A stretch of 64,000 nucleotides of DNA from the human T2T-CHM13v2.0 reference genome, Homo sapiens, in assembly GCF_009914755.1 (NCBI RefSeq), contig NC_060930.1, one strand, 5' to 3'. Shown here one piece after another: positions 32,691 to 46,050 of the stretch. The notes below the pieces were generated by a model. It was given only the letters and a program-made list of their open reading frames with translations, did not search any database and was not told the origin of the DNA. The position numbers were made by a program, and so were the translations under genes. The stretch's first letter is position 1. The number at the start of each line of letters is the position of its first letter.

Positions 32691-33765
32691 CGGGAAGGAG
32701 AGCGGGAATGCGGCGACCAATCAGGGCCGCGAGCTGGGAGTTGGCGGGCGCGGGGCGGGGGAGGCGGGGCGGCCGGGTGCCTCCGCGGGAAGCTCGGGCG
32801 GGCGGGACCGCGAGGGGTCGCCTCGGCCGCGGGCGGAGGGATGCGCGCGCGGGGCTCTCCCCGGCTGCGCCTGGAGTGTGGTCGGCGCTCGGGCCCCGGA
32901 GTGCGGGCGGGCTGTGTCCCGCGGGGCGGGCGGGAGCGGGAGGCGAGGCGGCCTGGCAGCGCGGAACGGAAGGACGCTAGGGGGCCTGCGTGTTTATTGT
33001 TTCCACGGTCGCTTCCTGGAAAAGATGATGAGCAGTCCCGGGCCGCGGAGGGGCGCGGCGGGCGCGGTAAAGAAGTTTAGAGATCTCCGAAGTCGCTATC
33101 GACAGTGTTACTCTGAGGCGGAGGAGAATTAATCAGCGGTCTCATCAATGCTCCAGAAATCATGCTGGGTGATAGATAACTCCCAAATCTGTATTTCTGA
33201 GGACCGCATCGCTTGTAAGGTGCACCGAAAGGAAAAAGATCCTACCTGCCACGTTAAAGGTTCACATAGCCAGCCACATAGATTTACACCCCTGTAAATA
33301 TAAGGGGAGAGGCTCCCTCCCACCCCATTCCTTCTCCTCTCCTCTCTCACACACACTCTCTGTTTTATAATAGAGGAAATATGTTATTTGGCCGGGTCCA
33401 GACCCTTCTCCCAGAGTTCTAGGTCATCTATGCAGATGCTTTTTACACATTCAACACTGCAGACACTCAAAGCAGTATCTTCCCTGCTCAATGCTGCCTT
33501 CTTTTGTATGTGATTTCCTTTATTTTCTCCCAACTCTTCAACCACTAGCTCACCTGAAGGATCCTTGTACTCAGTGGACTTAATAGAAATGTGATCAGTG
33601 AAATTTGCTTGGACTCTGGGTTGCAGGACAAAAATTAGACATTTCCTTTGAATCTTCCCTTTTCCTTTTGTTCCCCTTCCAAAACATACGCGAATAGTGT
33701 CATTTCTACCCTCAAACGGTATGCCATTTTCCACACTATTTATCCCACTCAAATCCTATCCACAC

Positions 33766-34997
33766 TCCACAGCTCATCTCTCCTTCTTGCTGCCTGCAAC
33801 GTGGTTGGGAGTGGGGGGTTGTGTTTCACCCCTATTTGTGTTACAGCTCTTTCAATCCTACCATTTGGCAGGTCCTGAGTTCTGGTCCTGTGTCCAGGAA
33901 GAGTGAGGCACGCAAACAACTGGAGGGTGAGCAAGGTGGACAGGAGCTTCACTGAGGGACAGAACAGCTCTCCTGAGACCTGAAGTGGGTTGCTCCTTTC
34001 TGCAGGGGGGTTGTCCCGACTAGCGTCCTGCCCTCAGTGGAGGAGACCCATAGTGGGCAGCTCCTTTCTGCAGGCAGGTGGTCCTGACGAGTTGAGGAGA
34101 CCAAAGTGGGTAGCTCCTTCCTGCAGCTGGTAGGCCTGAGCGCTGGCTGAGTCTGGGGTTTTTATGGGCTCAGAAGGGAGGAAGTGTGTGCTGATTGGCC
34201 CATGGGTGGGCCCAGAAAAAGCACCACTAGTTTTCACTCTGGGCTGCAGACTCTACCTGGAACTGGCCACCAGGCCCCCCAGGCTTCAGGCCATCCCTGG
34301 CTTGAAGGTGGGCAGGGACCTACCCCTTTCCCCCCAGGAACGTGTCTGCCTCCCACCATCAACATGTCATCCATGGCGCCCAGGCTGTTTGTGCTGAGGG
34401 GTGCCTGCAGGCCCACGCGGAGCCACCCTCAGCCCCACCAGCCTCTTTCTCGCACTTGTTGGTGCCCAAAGTCCAGAGAGGGCCAAGGCGGCAGGTGGCT
34501 GGTGTGTCAGTGCTGCCCTGAACACGTGCACACCCAGCTGGGTTGCAGCAGCGCCCGTGCCTGGCCACAACTTTGCTCCGCCTTGGAGCGGGCCCTGGGA
34601 GTGGGTAGAGAGAGGGTAGAGGCCTGGGAACAGGCACATTCTTTTTTTTTTTTTTTTTTTTTTTGAGACAGGGTCTCACTCTGTCACCCAAGCTGGAGTG
34701 CAGTGGCGTGCTCTTGGCTCACTGCAACCTCAGGAGCAGGCACTTTCAGCCTGCAGGGGCAGGGGGTTTCCTGGGCCCCCAAGAGTGCAGGGATGGCTGG
34801 GTGCAGAGCTGCGGCTGGACGGCTGCAGCTGTGCCCAGGAACATGGGTCTCCCGCCTCGCTGACGTGGTAGGGGACGGGGCTCTTGCATGTTCCTGGCGC
34901 CCGCTGTCTCTGAGGAGTGGGCAGCTCTGGCCACGCCTTCCATACTGCAGCTGGCATCCCCTCAGCAGCTGCTCCAGACAGGCTGTCACTGCCATCA
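33766..34997 (-). mobile_element. MER52-type ERV1 LTR, 3'-truncated, same orientation as DEK
   Basis: Minus strand begins TGATGGCAGTGACAGCCTGTCTGGAGCAGCTGCTG; GC-rich U3; CCAAT and CATAAAAA boxes; GAGCTGTAACAC motif. Confidence 0.8.
34642..34731 (-). mobile_element. Severely 5'-truncated Alu inserted in the MER52 LTR
   Basis: T23 plus about 67 nt right-arm end; TSD GGAACAGGCACATTC (34627-34641) / GGAGCAGGCACTTTC (34733-34747). Confidence 0.9.
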
Positions 34998-35029
34998 AGA
35001 CAACGAGCAGGTGAATATATATTCTATGA

Positions 35030-37130
35030 CAATTAGTGATAGCAGTAAAGCAAGTTAAAGAAGATAGGAAGTACCAGTAGGGTGGATGGGATTTTGTTTT
35101 ATATATTCAACAATGAAGCAATGACTTATTAATAAGATGACATTTGAAGAGATCCTAAGAAAATGGGAGATCTGAAGACCCACTAGGTTATTCCAAAGAA
35201 TGCTCTAAAGTTTTGGATGTGGGGCACGAGAGTCAGGTAGAAATCAGTGATGACCTTGGGGTTTTTGGTTCAACAACTGTGAGAACAGGAGTAGCTATTC
35301 GTTGAGATGAGAAAGACTTCGGGGGTGGGGGTGGGCAGGATGGTTTTAGAGGGGAAAGTGCAGGAGGTGGGAATGAGTTGTTTTGTTTTAGACATGTTAG
35401 TTTTGACAATTCAAAATGGAGATTCAGGAGTGGCAGTTGGATTTGAGAGTCTGGCATTCAGCAGAAGAAACTCTAGCTCAAGAAATAAATATAGCAGTTG
35501 TCAACATGTAGATGGTATTTAAAGCCCTGAAACTGAATGAAATCACTAACAGGGAACATAGGTAGGGATAAGGGGATATTCAAAATTGTACCTTGGAGCT
35601 CTCCAGTGTTGAGAGGTTCAAGAGTGAGAGGGGAACCAGCAAAGGAGAAGAGAAGAGCAACTGTAGCCAGTGAAGTGGGAAGAGACTTACATGAAAATTG
35701 TGTCCGAGAAGCCAAGTGACAAAGGAGTGTTTTTGAAGGAGGGTGATCCACTGAGTCACATGCTGATAAAAGGTCAGGTAAGATGAGAACTGATAATTGA
35801 CCACTGGATATACCAATGTTGTGTTATCAGTGACATGGACTATTCTGTGGGGTGGTGAGTCTAAATGTTCCAGGAGTGGGAATACAGAGAGACAGGTAGG
35901 CAAGGAATGGATTCAGACACTCTTTCCAGGAATGTTGCTGTACAGGAAAACAAAGAAGGAGCAGTAGTTCAAAGGGAGTTTGGTTTTGAAGAAAAGAGAC
36001 CCATGTTTGTATGATGATGAGAATGAATCAGTGGAGAGGGGAACATTGATGATACAAGAGAAGGAGACAGTAGCTGAAGCCAATCTACAGTAGGTAGGTC
36101 AGGTTGGGTTCTCTGTAAGCAGAAGCTGAAACAGAATTTGGGACACCAGGTGATTATTAGAGGTGAAGAACTGTGAAGGGAAGGGGGAAGAAGTAAGATT
36201 GGGCAGAGGAAGAGGTCAAACTGCAAAGCTGGCTTGACAGAGCTTCAGACAGCTACGAGGGGAGTTCTGGAGTGAGTGCTGCTCTTCAGGGTATTCTGAG
36301 TGGCTGAGCTTTTATATCGCCATACTGCTCAGTCACCGCATGCAGGCAGCCCCAGGAAGGGTGTTACCTCGACTGAAGTGATTCCACTTTAGTGGCTTTG
36401 GCAGATCCTGAAGGAGCTGACAGATGGAGGCTGCCTGCTAACTCTAGGGTCTGCAGCTGGGCAGCAGATCCTTCCTTGAAGAGGCATCTGGGTGACACAT
36501 CTCCATGTCTGCCACAGGAGATGAGGGGACATGGGATCTAGTGCACAAGTAGAAGAGTTGTCCTTGAAAAGGACAATGGAAAGCTGTTCCATTGTAACAA
36601 GAGGAAACACAGAGGACATCAGTACCCATGCAGGGCAGGGGTTGGCAGATGTAAGTGGGAGTTTTTGAAGTTTTTATTTCTTTAAGTTTCTCAGTAAAAT
36701 CCGGGGCAACATTATTGACAGTGAGTGAGTGTGAGAGAGACTGTTGAAGGTTTTTGGACAGGAAATGTGAAGTGATCATGTAGAAAAATGGGAGATGGAT
36801 GGATTAGGGAATGTCGTAGGCTTGCCATGTAGCTGCAAGGACTCACTGGGATCAATGGCTGTAAAGTGAGAGTGAGACCAGTCAGCATTATTGTTTTTCT
36901 CCGGCCATATTCAGCTACCTGGGAGTAAGTACGAAGATGGCAACAACAGCATCCAAAAAGTGCATTTAACCAGGTTGGTATTTTGCTAGGCAGGTAAGAA
37001 AGAAGGAGAAAACGGTGAGTGAGTTGAGGATACACACAGGACAAGGAAGATAGTGATGGACCATAGAGTCTGAGCTGAGTAAGGAGGGAAGTAAAGACAT
37101 GAGAAGGGCGAGGCTTAGTGAGAAGGGTAC
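35030..37130 (-). mobile_element. L2 remnant interrupted by an LTR16-like element
   Basis: Purine-rich + strand with L2 motifs (gagatgagaaagact, gttttagacatgttagttttga, gtagatggtatttaaagcc). Confidence 0.65.
36097..36516 (-). mobile_element. LTR16A-like ERVL LTR
   Basis: Minus strand TGTGGCAGACATGGAGATGTG...CCTCTTCAAGGAAGGATCTGCTG ... CAGAGAACCCAACCTGAC. Confidence 0.65.
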
Positions 37131-37139
37131 AGGACCGAT

Positions 37140-37327
37140 CAGTAATAACTTTATTTCTGTTTATTACATTTATCACTACCAGAAAATTTTGTTTATTTAT
37201 TGTCTATCTTTCCTACAAAAATGTAAACTCCCTGAGGCTGCAGGGACTTTGTCTTGTTCATCACTGTATTCTCAGCACCCAAAACAGTGCCTAACACATA
37301 GTAAGTATTTTGCTGAGTGAATGAATG
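37140..37327 (+). mobile_element. L2 3' end
   Basis: aatgtaaactccctgagg...acagtgcctaacacatagtaag...tgaatgaatg. Confidence 0.7.
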
Positions 37328-38045
37328 CCAACCAAAATAAACCCGTATTATGAAGATCCAGAATTTTTTTGGTTAATGTGATGAGAAAGTATATTAGGAT
37401 AAAACGGGCTATTTCAATGGCCTAATGGCAAAGTTTGTTTCTTGCTCTATAAATCTCCCTGTCAGTTCAGGCAATTCTCCAGGGCTTCCGTTTGTGTGGT
37501 TTAGTCATTGCTCTAGGCTACTTTGATCTTGTAGATCTACTATCTTAACACAAGTCCATCATGTTCATGGTGGTAGGGGAAGAGAGCAAGAGGAGAACCC
37601 ATACCTGCTGTTCTGTGGTTCTGCTCATTGGTCAGCTCAGTCATATGATCCCACCTAACCACAAAGAATTTAGACAATATAGGGGCACACAGGAAGTAGC
37701 TGATGAGTATTGCTGTCTCTGACACAGAAGGGCTAATTGCAACCATATCTGGGACAATCGGGATGAACAGGGGATGTGCCTGAGAATATGTTGGTTTTAT
37801 TTTGGCAATTATTGAAACCCTGGTTCTTAAACACTTCCCTCCTTTTGCCTGTGAGAAGTTTTTATATAAACTGCACACACATACCGATCTTTCTCATGCA
37901 CATAATCTAACTCTTGCATACACAGATCGATTTTTCCCAGAATGTAAGTTTCAGGGGCAGAGGCCCTGTGCTTCCTTTTATTATTCCCTCCCGGTGCTTG
38001 GCATGGTGCCTGACACATAGTAAATACTTTAAAAAAATTTGTTTA

Positions 38046-38430
<385 letters not shown>

Positions 38431-39100
38431 TCAAGTCAGTAAACTAACGTGGCTTGAATAAGCTAATGAACAGATTCTTTTTTAAACCTGGTTATAAATA
38501 TAAATATAGTGACACATTTGGTTCTTCTAAAAACAAGATATCATACTCTATTCTGGTGGAGTGAGTTAGCCACAGTGTACGGTGTAGCTATTTAAGATTG
38601 GGTTTGGAAAATATCTGAATGCAACAATATCCAGTTGGTTGAATAAAGTGGATGTTCTGGCTTGACAATGGTCAGGGAGGACCCCCTCAAGGCAAGCAGT
38701 TGGAGGAGGTAAGGGAAATGGTGAGGCTTAGAAAACTTGGAGAACAAAGGATGAATGGCTAACAAACTTTTGCTCCTAGTAACTAATTTTGCTCTAACTT
38801 TAAGAGTATTATTTGTAACACATTTCTTTAATATATCTTATCAGCTGTTCCATGGAATGAGACTAAAGGAATAGAGAAGCATAGAGCCTTGGTATTATTG
38901 CCCTTATTTGCTGTTAAAACAAAACAGGCAGGTCATCTCTATAGGAGGGGGCTTTTCTACTAAGATTCAATACTCAGGTTATATTAATGCTCTTGGCCAA
39001 ATCATAACATCAGAGTCAGAAAAATGATTTCTATTGCAAGTTGGCTAGATATCAACATTGTCACAAGACTGTCAAAATGGGGTGTTATTTTCGAAAATAG

Positions 39101-39510
<410 letters not shown>

Positions 39511-39730
39511 TAAAACATTTCTTGTTATAACTCATTCTTCATTTCAGGAAATTAGAGAAGGTTTGGGAGAGTACCTGACTGACATGCAGCTTGGATTTAA
39601 AAAATTAAATTTAGAATAAACAGACGTTTTCAAATTAGGAAAAGAATATTAGAAGGTGATGCTACCTCCTAATAATATATATTTTGAAAAATGCATGTGT
39701 CTCTCTCCCATTCACATCTCAATATAACAC

Positions 39731-40094
<364 letters not shown>

Positions 40095-40482
40095 TAATAC
40101 TTTGTTCATATCTTTATTAGGGTATTTATGAAATTATAGTGTTATTACTTATTTACATGTCTGCCTTCATAGTAAACATTTACCCTCAACCTTCTCAAAG
40201 ATCCTTCCATCCGCATTTCCAATCCTGTGGCCACCATCCATAGAATTAGATGAAGAACTCTTTTTAGGCATGTTTTACATCATGACTCTGACCTGAGTAA
40301 AGCCAGTTAATTCCCTACCTGGGAATTTGGAATTATTAGAAAGATGGATTCCACTTGGTAATTGGATCTGTAACAAATAAAGTTAGGAACTGTAGGGACA
40401 TGTTTTCTGCTGTGTGAATTGGAGAAGCCCTAGTCTACAGAGAGAGAGAAGAGTGAAGATGAAGGAGGGTCAAATAAGGCAA

Positions 40483-40854
40483 TGTGATGGCTAATTTTAT
40501 GTGTCAACTTGATTGGGCCATTGGATGCCCAGATATCTGGTTAAACATTATTTCTGGGTGTGTCTGTGAGGGTCTTTCTGGAAAAAATTAGTATTTGAGT
40601 TGGTGGACTGAATAAAGCAGATGGCACTCCCCAGTGTGGATGGGCATCATCTAATCCATTGAGGGCCCAAATAGAACAAAACGGTGAAGAAAGATTGAAT
40701 TCACACTGGGTGGCTGCTTGAGCTGGAACATCAGTCCTCTCCTGCCCTTGGTGCTCCTGGTTCTCAGGCCTTCAGACCAAGGCTGGAATCTATACCCTTG
40801 ACTCTCTGGCTCTCAGTCCTTTGAACTACACCCAGCTTTCCTGGATCTTCAGCT
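40483..40854 (+). mobile_element. MLT2 (ERVL) LTR
   Basis: TGTGATGGCTAATTTTATGTGTCAACTTGA start. Confidence 0.85.
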
Positions 40855-41305
40855 AAAATAAAAAGAGGAGAGAATAAATAGAAATAAAAAAAAAAAAAAA
40901 GGAAAATTGAGAAAAACCAAATTGAAATGACAGACAGAAGGTAGCAAATCATCTGAAAAAATACTATGAATCGAGTGACCTAGGGGTGAAATGTTTGGCT
41001 GTCTTGCTGTGGCTCTGCCCTCCTAAGGCCAACCAGCCTTTCCCTCTTCCTTTCTTCTTGGCCTATTTGCTCTGACTCAGGTGGGAGGATCCATCAGGGG
41101 AGCCCTGCTACCTCCTAGCACCCTAGCCCTAGCACTCTAGCCTTCCATTAAGTCTTCTGAGTACAGCCCACCATGGTTACAGCGAGGTGGCTCAGCTCCC
41201 AGGGACAGCCATAGCTGCCTAGACCTTAGTGAATCTAGAGAGCATGGCCTAGTGGAAGGAAGTAGCATGAACCTTGGTTTGTAAAAATGTTTAAATTATT
41301 TCTTT

Positions 41306-41406
41306 AAAAGCTAGTCAAATGAAGCAATGGGAATGGAGAGGGAACAAAGAGATCTGTAACTGGTTGAGATTAATTAGTTATAAGCAACAGTGCACTCAGA
41401 CCAGCC
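41306..41406 (-). pseudogene. Y3 RNA (RNY3-like) retro-pseudogene
   Basis: Reverse complement GGCTGGTCTGAGTGCACTGTTGCTTATAACTAATTAATCTCAACCAGTTACAGATCTCTTTGTTCCCTCTCCATTCCCATTGCTTCATTTGACTAGCTTTT resembles hY3 end to end; decayed tail 41277-41305; imperfect TSD TAGCATGAACCTTG (41263-41276) / TAGCACGGACTTTG (41407-41420). Confidence 0.92.
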
Positions 41407-41487
41407 TAGCACGGACTTTGACTTCAGACAAATAGATGCAAATTGAGGAAGACCATAAAATAATTAGAGTGAGGGATAATAAAAATA

Positions 41488-41898
<411 letters not shown>

Positions 41899-42162
41899 TT
41901 ATTCCACTACTCAGTTACAAATCAACATTCTTTTATCTTTGAAGTGTGTGAGATAGAGTCACTGTATAAATATTTAGTTTTAAAAAGCCATTTTCTCTCT
42001 CAATTCTATTTACCAATATGTTTCTCAGTTTTTTACCATCAGTGACCCTCCTCCCTCCACACTTCTCTTCCCTTCCAGGAAAGCTTGTCTCTTAGGAACT
42101 TGTCATGGGACTGAATTTAGATTCCATAAAGGTATGAGGATCTCTACATTGGTATTGATTGA

Positions 42163-42447
42163 TTTTTAAGACTGGGTCTCAATCTGTCACTCAGGCTGGA
42201 GTACAGTGGCATGATAATGGCTCACTGAAGCTTCGACCTCTCTGGCTCAAGGGATCCTCCTGCCTCAGCCTCCTGAGCATGTGGGACCACAAACACATGC
42301 CACCATGCCCAGCTAATTTTTTTATCTTTTGTAGAGATGAGGTCTCCCTATTTGCCCAGGCTGGTCTTGAATTCCTGGGCTCAAGTGATCCTCCCACCTC
42401 ACCCTCTCAAAGTGCTGGGATTATAGGCAGGAGTCACTGTACCTGGC
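42163..42447 (-). mobile_element. AluJ
   Basis: Dimer. Confidence 0.92.
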
Positions 42448-42639
42448 CTGGTACTCATTGATTAAGTGTCCTTTACAGAGATCTTCTTCCTGATTTATCC
42501 TCTTTCCTCTCATCCCTACCTCCCATCCTCATTAGTTCTCTGCCTGCAGCCAGGAGTCTTTTGTTTTTTTAATTGATCTCATTATTATGTTGCCTATAAC
42601 ACTTAAATGCCTCCCCATCGTCTGTAGGATCAAGTGTAA

Positions 42640-42946
42640 TTTTTTAATTTATTTTTTTAGAGACAGGGTCTTGCTTTGTCACCCAGGCTGGAGTGTAGGA
42701 TGCGATCATAGCTCACTGCAGCCTCGACCTCCCAAGCTCAAGAGATCCTCCCACCTCAGCCTCCTAAGTAGCTAGGACTACAGGCCAATGGCACCACACC
42801 TCGCTAATTTTTCAATTTTTTTTTGTAGAGATAGTGTCTCTCTATGTTGTCCAGGCTGTTTTGAACTCCTGGCCTCAAGCAGTCCTCCCACCTCAGCCTC
42901 CTAAAGCAGCCTCCAAAGCTCACGGTATGAAACGCGGTGCCTGGCC
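42640..42946 (-). mobile_element. AluJ
   Basis: Dimer. Confidence 0.9.
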
Positions 42947-42959
42947 TAATGTAGAATTT

Positions 42960-43372
42960 TTTTAAATTTTTTATTTTAAAAAAATATTTTAAAAATTTCA
43001 GTAGCTTTTGGGCTACAAGGGATTATTGTTATATGGATGAATTGTGGTGAAGTCTGAGATTGCAGTGCACCTGTCAGCTGAGTAGTGTACATTGTTACCA
43101 ATATGCAATTTTTTATTCCTGACCCTCCTACCCTGCCCTGTTCTGGGTTTCCAATATCCATGATTACCCCTCTATATGCCTTTGTATATCCATAGCTTAG
43201 CTCCCACTTATAAGTGAGAACACTTGGTATTTGATTTTCCATTTCTGAGTTACTTCACTTACAATAATGGCCTCCAGCTCCATCCAAGTTCCTGCAAAAT
43301 ACATTATTTCCTTCTGTTTTTAATGACCAAGTAGTAGTCCTGGGTGTGTATGTACCACATTTTCTTTATCCT
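42960..43372 (-). mobile_element. L1PB-type 3' end fragment
   Basis: tagctcccacttataagtgagaac...gcctccagctccatccaagtt L1 3'UTR motifs. Confidence 0.85.
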
Positions 43373-43850
43373 GAAGTGCAATTTGTAAAACATGGTCTAG
43401 ACGACTCTACATGATCTGACTTCTGTTCATCTCTCTAGCCTTGTCTCTACATTGTTCCTCCCAGTCTCCCACCCCAAAGAAAAGATCCTCCAGCCATAGT
43501 GAATGGCCATGTTCCTTCTTACCTTTGGCTTTCTCTCCATGTTGGTGCTCCTACTGGAAAACTTTTTCTTCTCCTATTTTCCTGTTCTGGGCCAAATTAC
43601 CCTCACTCTTAAGGTCTCACCTATACTGCCCCGGATGTGTCATCCTCCATCAGAGCATCTACTTTTCACAGCCTGTTTTCTTGTCTACACCCTCCTTTTC
43701 TTGTCTACACCCTCCTTCCCAATCGGCTTGATGAGAGCAGGAATGTTGTCTTTCTGATAGCTCTTCCATCCTCAGCACCCAGTGTTTATTGAACGCTTGC
43801 TAGTGTGAGACTGGCAAGTATTTATTCTGACAGAAGAAAAAAGAATGCCA

Positions 43851-44141
43851 GGCCAGGCGCAGTGGCTCATGCCTATAATCCCAGCACTTCAGGAGGGCAA
43901 GGGGGGAGGATCATTTGAACCCAGGAGTTTAAGATCAGCGTGGCCGACATGGCGAAACCCCCTTTTTACAAAAAATGCAAAAATTAGCTGGACATGGTGG
44001 CGCGTACCTATAGTCCCAGCTACTCTGAGGCTGAGGCAGGAGGATTGCTTGAACCCAAGGTCGAGGCTGCAGTGAGCCATGACAGCACCACTGTACTCCA
44101 GCCTGGGTGTCAGAGCAAGACCTTGTCTCAAAGAAAAAAAA
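43851..44141 (+). mobile_element. AluJ
   Basis: Dimer; TSD AAAAAAGAATGCC. Confidence 0.93.
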
Positions 44142-45229
44142 GAATGCCTGTGTAGTCTTTGGTTGACCTCCCTCCTCCCTCTTCACCTCTTCTTACATCA
44201 GCTAAGCTGGTTCTTTCAGTTGTAGTAACTTGATTGGTGAGTTTATCTTCTGATATCTGCCTTCTATCTAGTAGACAAACCTGACAGTTTTTAGTAAGTG
44301 CCCATTTTTCAGCCTTCAGATGAGAAACTTATTTGATAAATTTAGAAAAAGACAGTGGATTAATATGGTGTCTCTTTAATAGATATTTGCATTTTCCAGG
44401 GCCCTGTTACAAACTGGTTGAGAAGTTGATTCCTAGCAGCGTTTATAATATGACTATGAATAATGCTTTACTGCCTTTAACATATTTCATAAATATATAC
44501 TATTAATATATTGATAGGTGAATGAATGAGTGAGTGGAGTGCCATTTAACAATTCAACTTCCACATTCCCAGTAGGGGTTATGTCACTCTCTGGCTCCTG
44601 GGAGTTAGTGATACCGTCATGTTTCTTTGTTATTTTTAAATTACTTTTTTTATTTTATTTACTTCAAAGTTTTTTATTAACTTTAAAAATCTTTTCTATT
44701 CTTTTATAATTTATTTATATTATGCCCTCAAACATCCTTCTATCCAAGATACCGTCATGTTCCCAGGATCCCTTCCCGTCGTTCTTTTTCTCTGCCCTTT
44801 GCTGGTTTTCTCCATTAGAACTCTCTTCTTTGAACACATCCACCTGCTTCTTTCCAGAACCTGAGCCTCAGAACTGAGTCTTAAGTGAGAACAGAGGCTC
44901 CGGGCATGCTCGGTAACCAAAGCCAGGGTGTAATTAACTGCTCTTGCCCTGAGGCAGGGCCCTTACAGGTGGCAAGTACCAGCGCTGCTGGGAAGAGACT
45001 TGCTCTGTCTTGTGCAGTTGAACACACAACTGCTTTCTGAGGCCAATCTAACCTCCTGGCAACCCAAGTTTATAAAGTGGGGATGTCTGCATTTTCAAAA
45101 CAATAAAACGTAAGGAGTTATTTTGGACAAATTAAAATGCCTGGCAGGAGATTCTCAAGAGTTCAACCTATACACGAATATCAAGTGTTAAATAATGCTG
45201 TGGTTAAGACAAAAAAGAGGACGGAGCCA

Positions 45230-46050
45230 GGGTATGAATATAAATGGTGCCCTACTTTGAACCTCATTGGGCAGATCAAAGATTTTTAAAAGGTTTTCTG
45301 AAGTTGCCCAGCGCCTAGAATTTCAAGGACCGCATTCGCTGCCTCCTTCCTAAAGAGGGTGCGTTTGTGGGGAAGGTGAGTGCGCGCGCGCGGAGGGAGG
45401 GCCGGCCGCGGAGAGGGGCCAAAACTCTTCGGAATCAGCAGCCAGAGAGGCTCTGAGGGCGCCCGCGGGGCGGAGGGGAGCGGGGCAGAGGGCCGCCGGG
45501 GCGAGGGCCGAGGAGGGGTCCGAGACGCGCCAAGGGGCTGGTAGCTAGGCGACCTGAATGTCTTCCATACCTGAACCCGCAGCCTGAAGAAGCTGATAGC
45601 GGACCCCGAGCGCGCGCGCGCCTTGGCGGGAGCCCTGCGCCTCCCGGGGTCTCCCTGCTCCTTACTTGGACCTCGGGCGCAAGGTAAGGAGGGGCACGGG
45701 GTGCAGCGTTCGCCCTCGAGCTGCCTGGAGCCTCTGCGAGGGGCCAGTTCGGCCTCCCCGAGGCTGTCACCGCCTCCCCTTCTGCTCCTTCCCTTTCTCC
45801 GTCCCCAGGTCCCCTCCGCGCAGAGCTGAAGCCGCGGCGGGCGGCCCACGGGGGATCAGACCCTCGGGCATCCGCGTTTCCCCTCCGCCGTCCGCCGGAC
45901 CCCCACCTCTTCTCCAAGCTCCACTCCCGACTTTTCTTCCCCGCCCCCGGGAAGCTCTGGAAACCCGCACCCCCGGCTCTGAGGTCAGGGCTGGCAGGAG
46001 TAATCCACCCTTTCCAGGTGTGTGGCGCAAACACGGACGCAAAGATCTCC
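45230..46050. promoter_or_regulatory. Second CpG island / candidate promoter with first-exon splice donors
   Basis: CpG-rich 45330-46040; TATAAAT 45239-45245; (GC)n tracts 45381-45392 and 45610-45621; donors AAG|GTGAGT (45376) and AAG|GTAAGG (45684) on +. Confidence 0.75.

Larger units (their letters stand above)
31950..33120. promoter_or_regulatory. DEK: DEK CpG island / TATA-less promoter
   Basis: Very high GC and CpG density; YY1 motif CAAAATGGCGG 32678-32688; second YY1-like CAAATGGCCGC about 32453-32463; NF-Y GACCAATCAG (CCAAT 32717-32721); E2F-like GCGGGAA 32702-32708; GC boxes 32746-32770. Confidence 0.93.

Noticed and set aside
31923-33132. Many long overlapping ORFs (up to 205 aa) over the DEK promoter
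   Set aside because: Arg/Gly/Pro/Ala-rich products of stop-poor GC-rich CpG-island DNA; only exon 2 is coding
34034-35014. Dense ORF cluster upstream of DEK
   Set aside because: Lies within a GC-rich MER52 LTR and has no retroviral protein similarity
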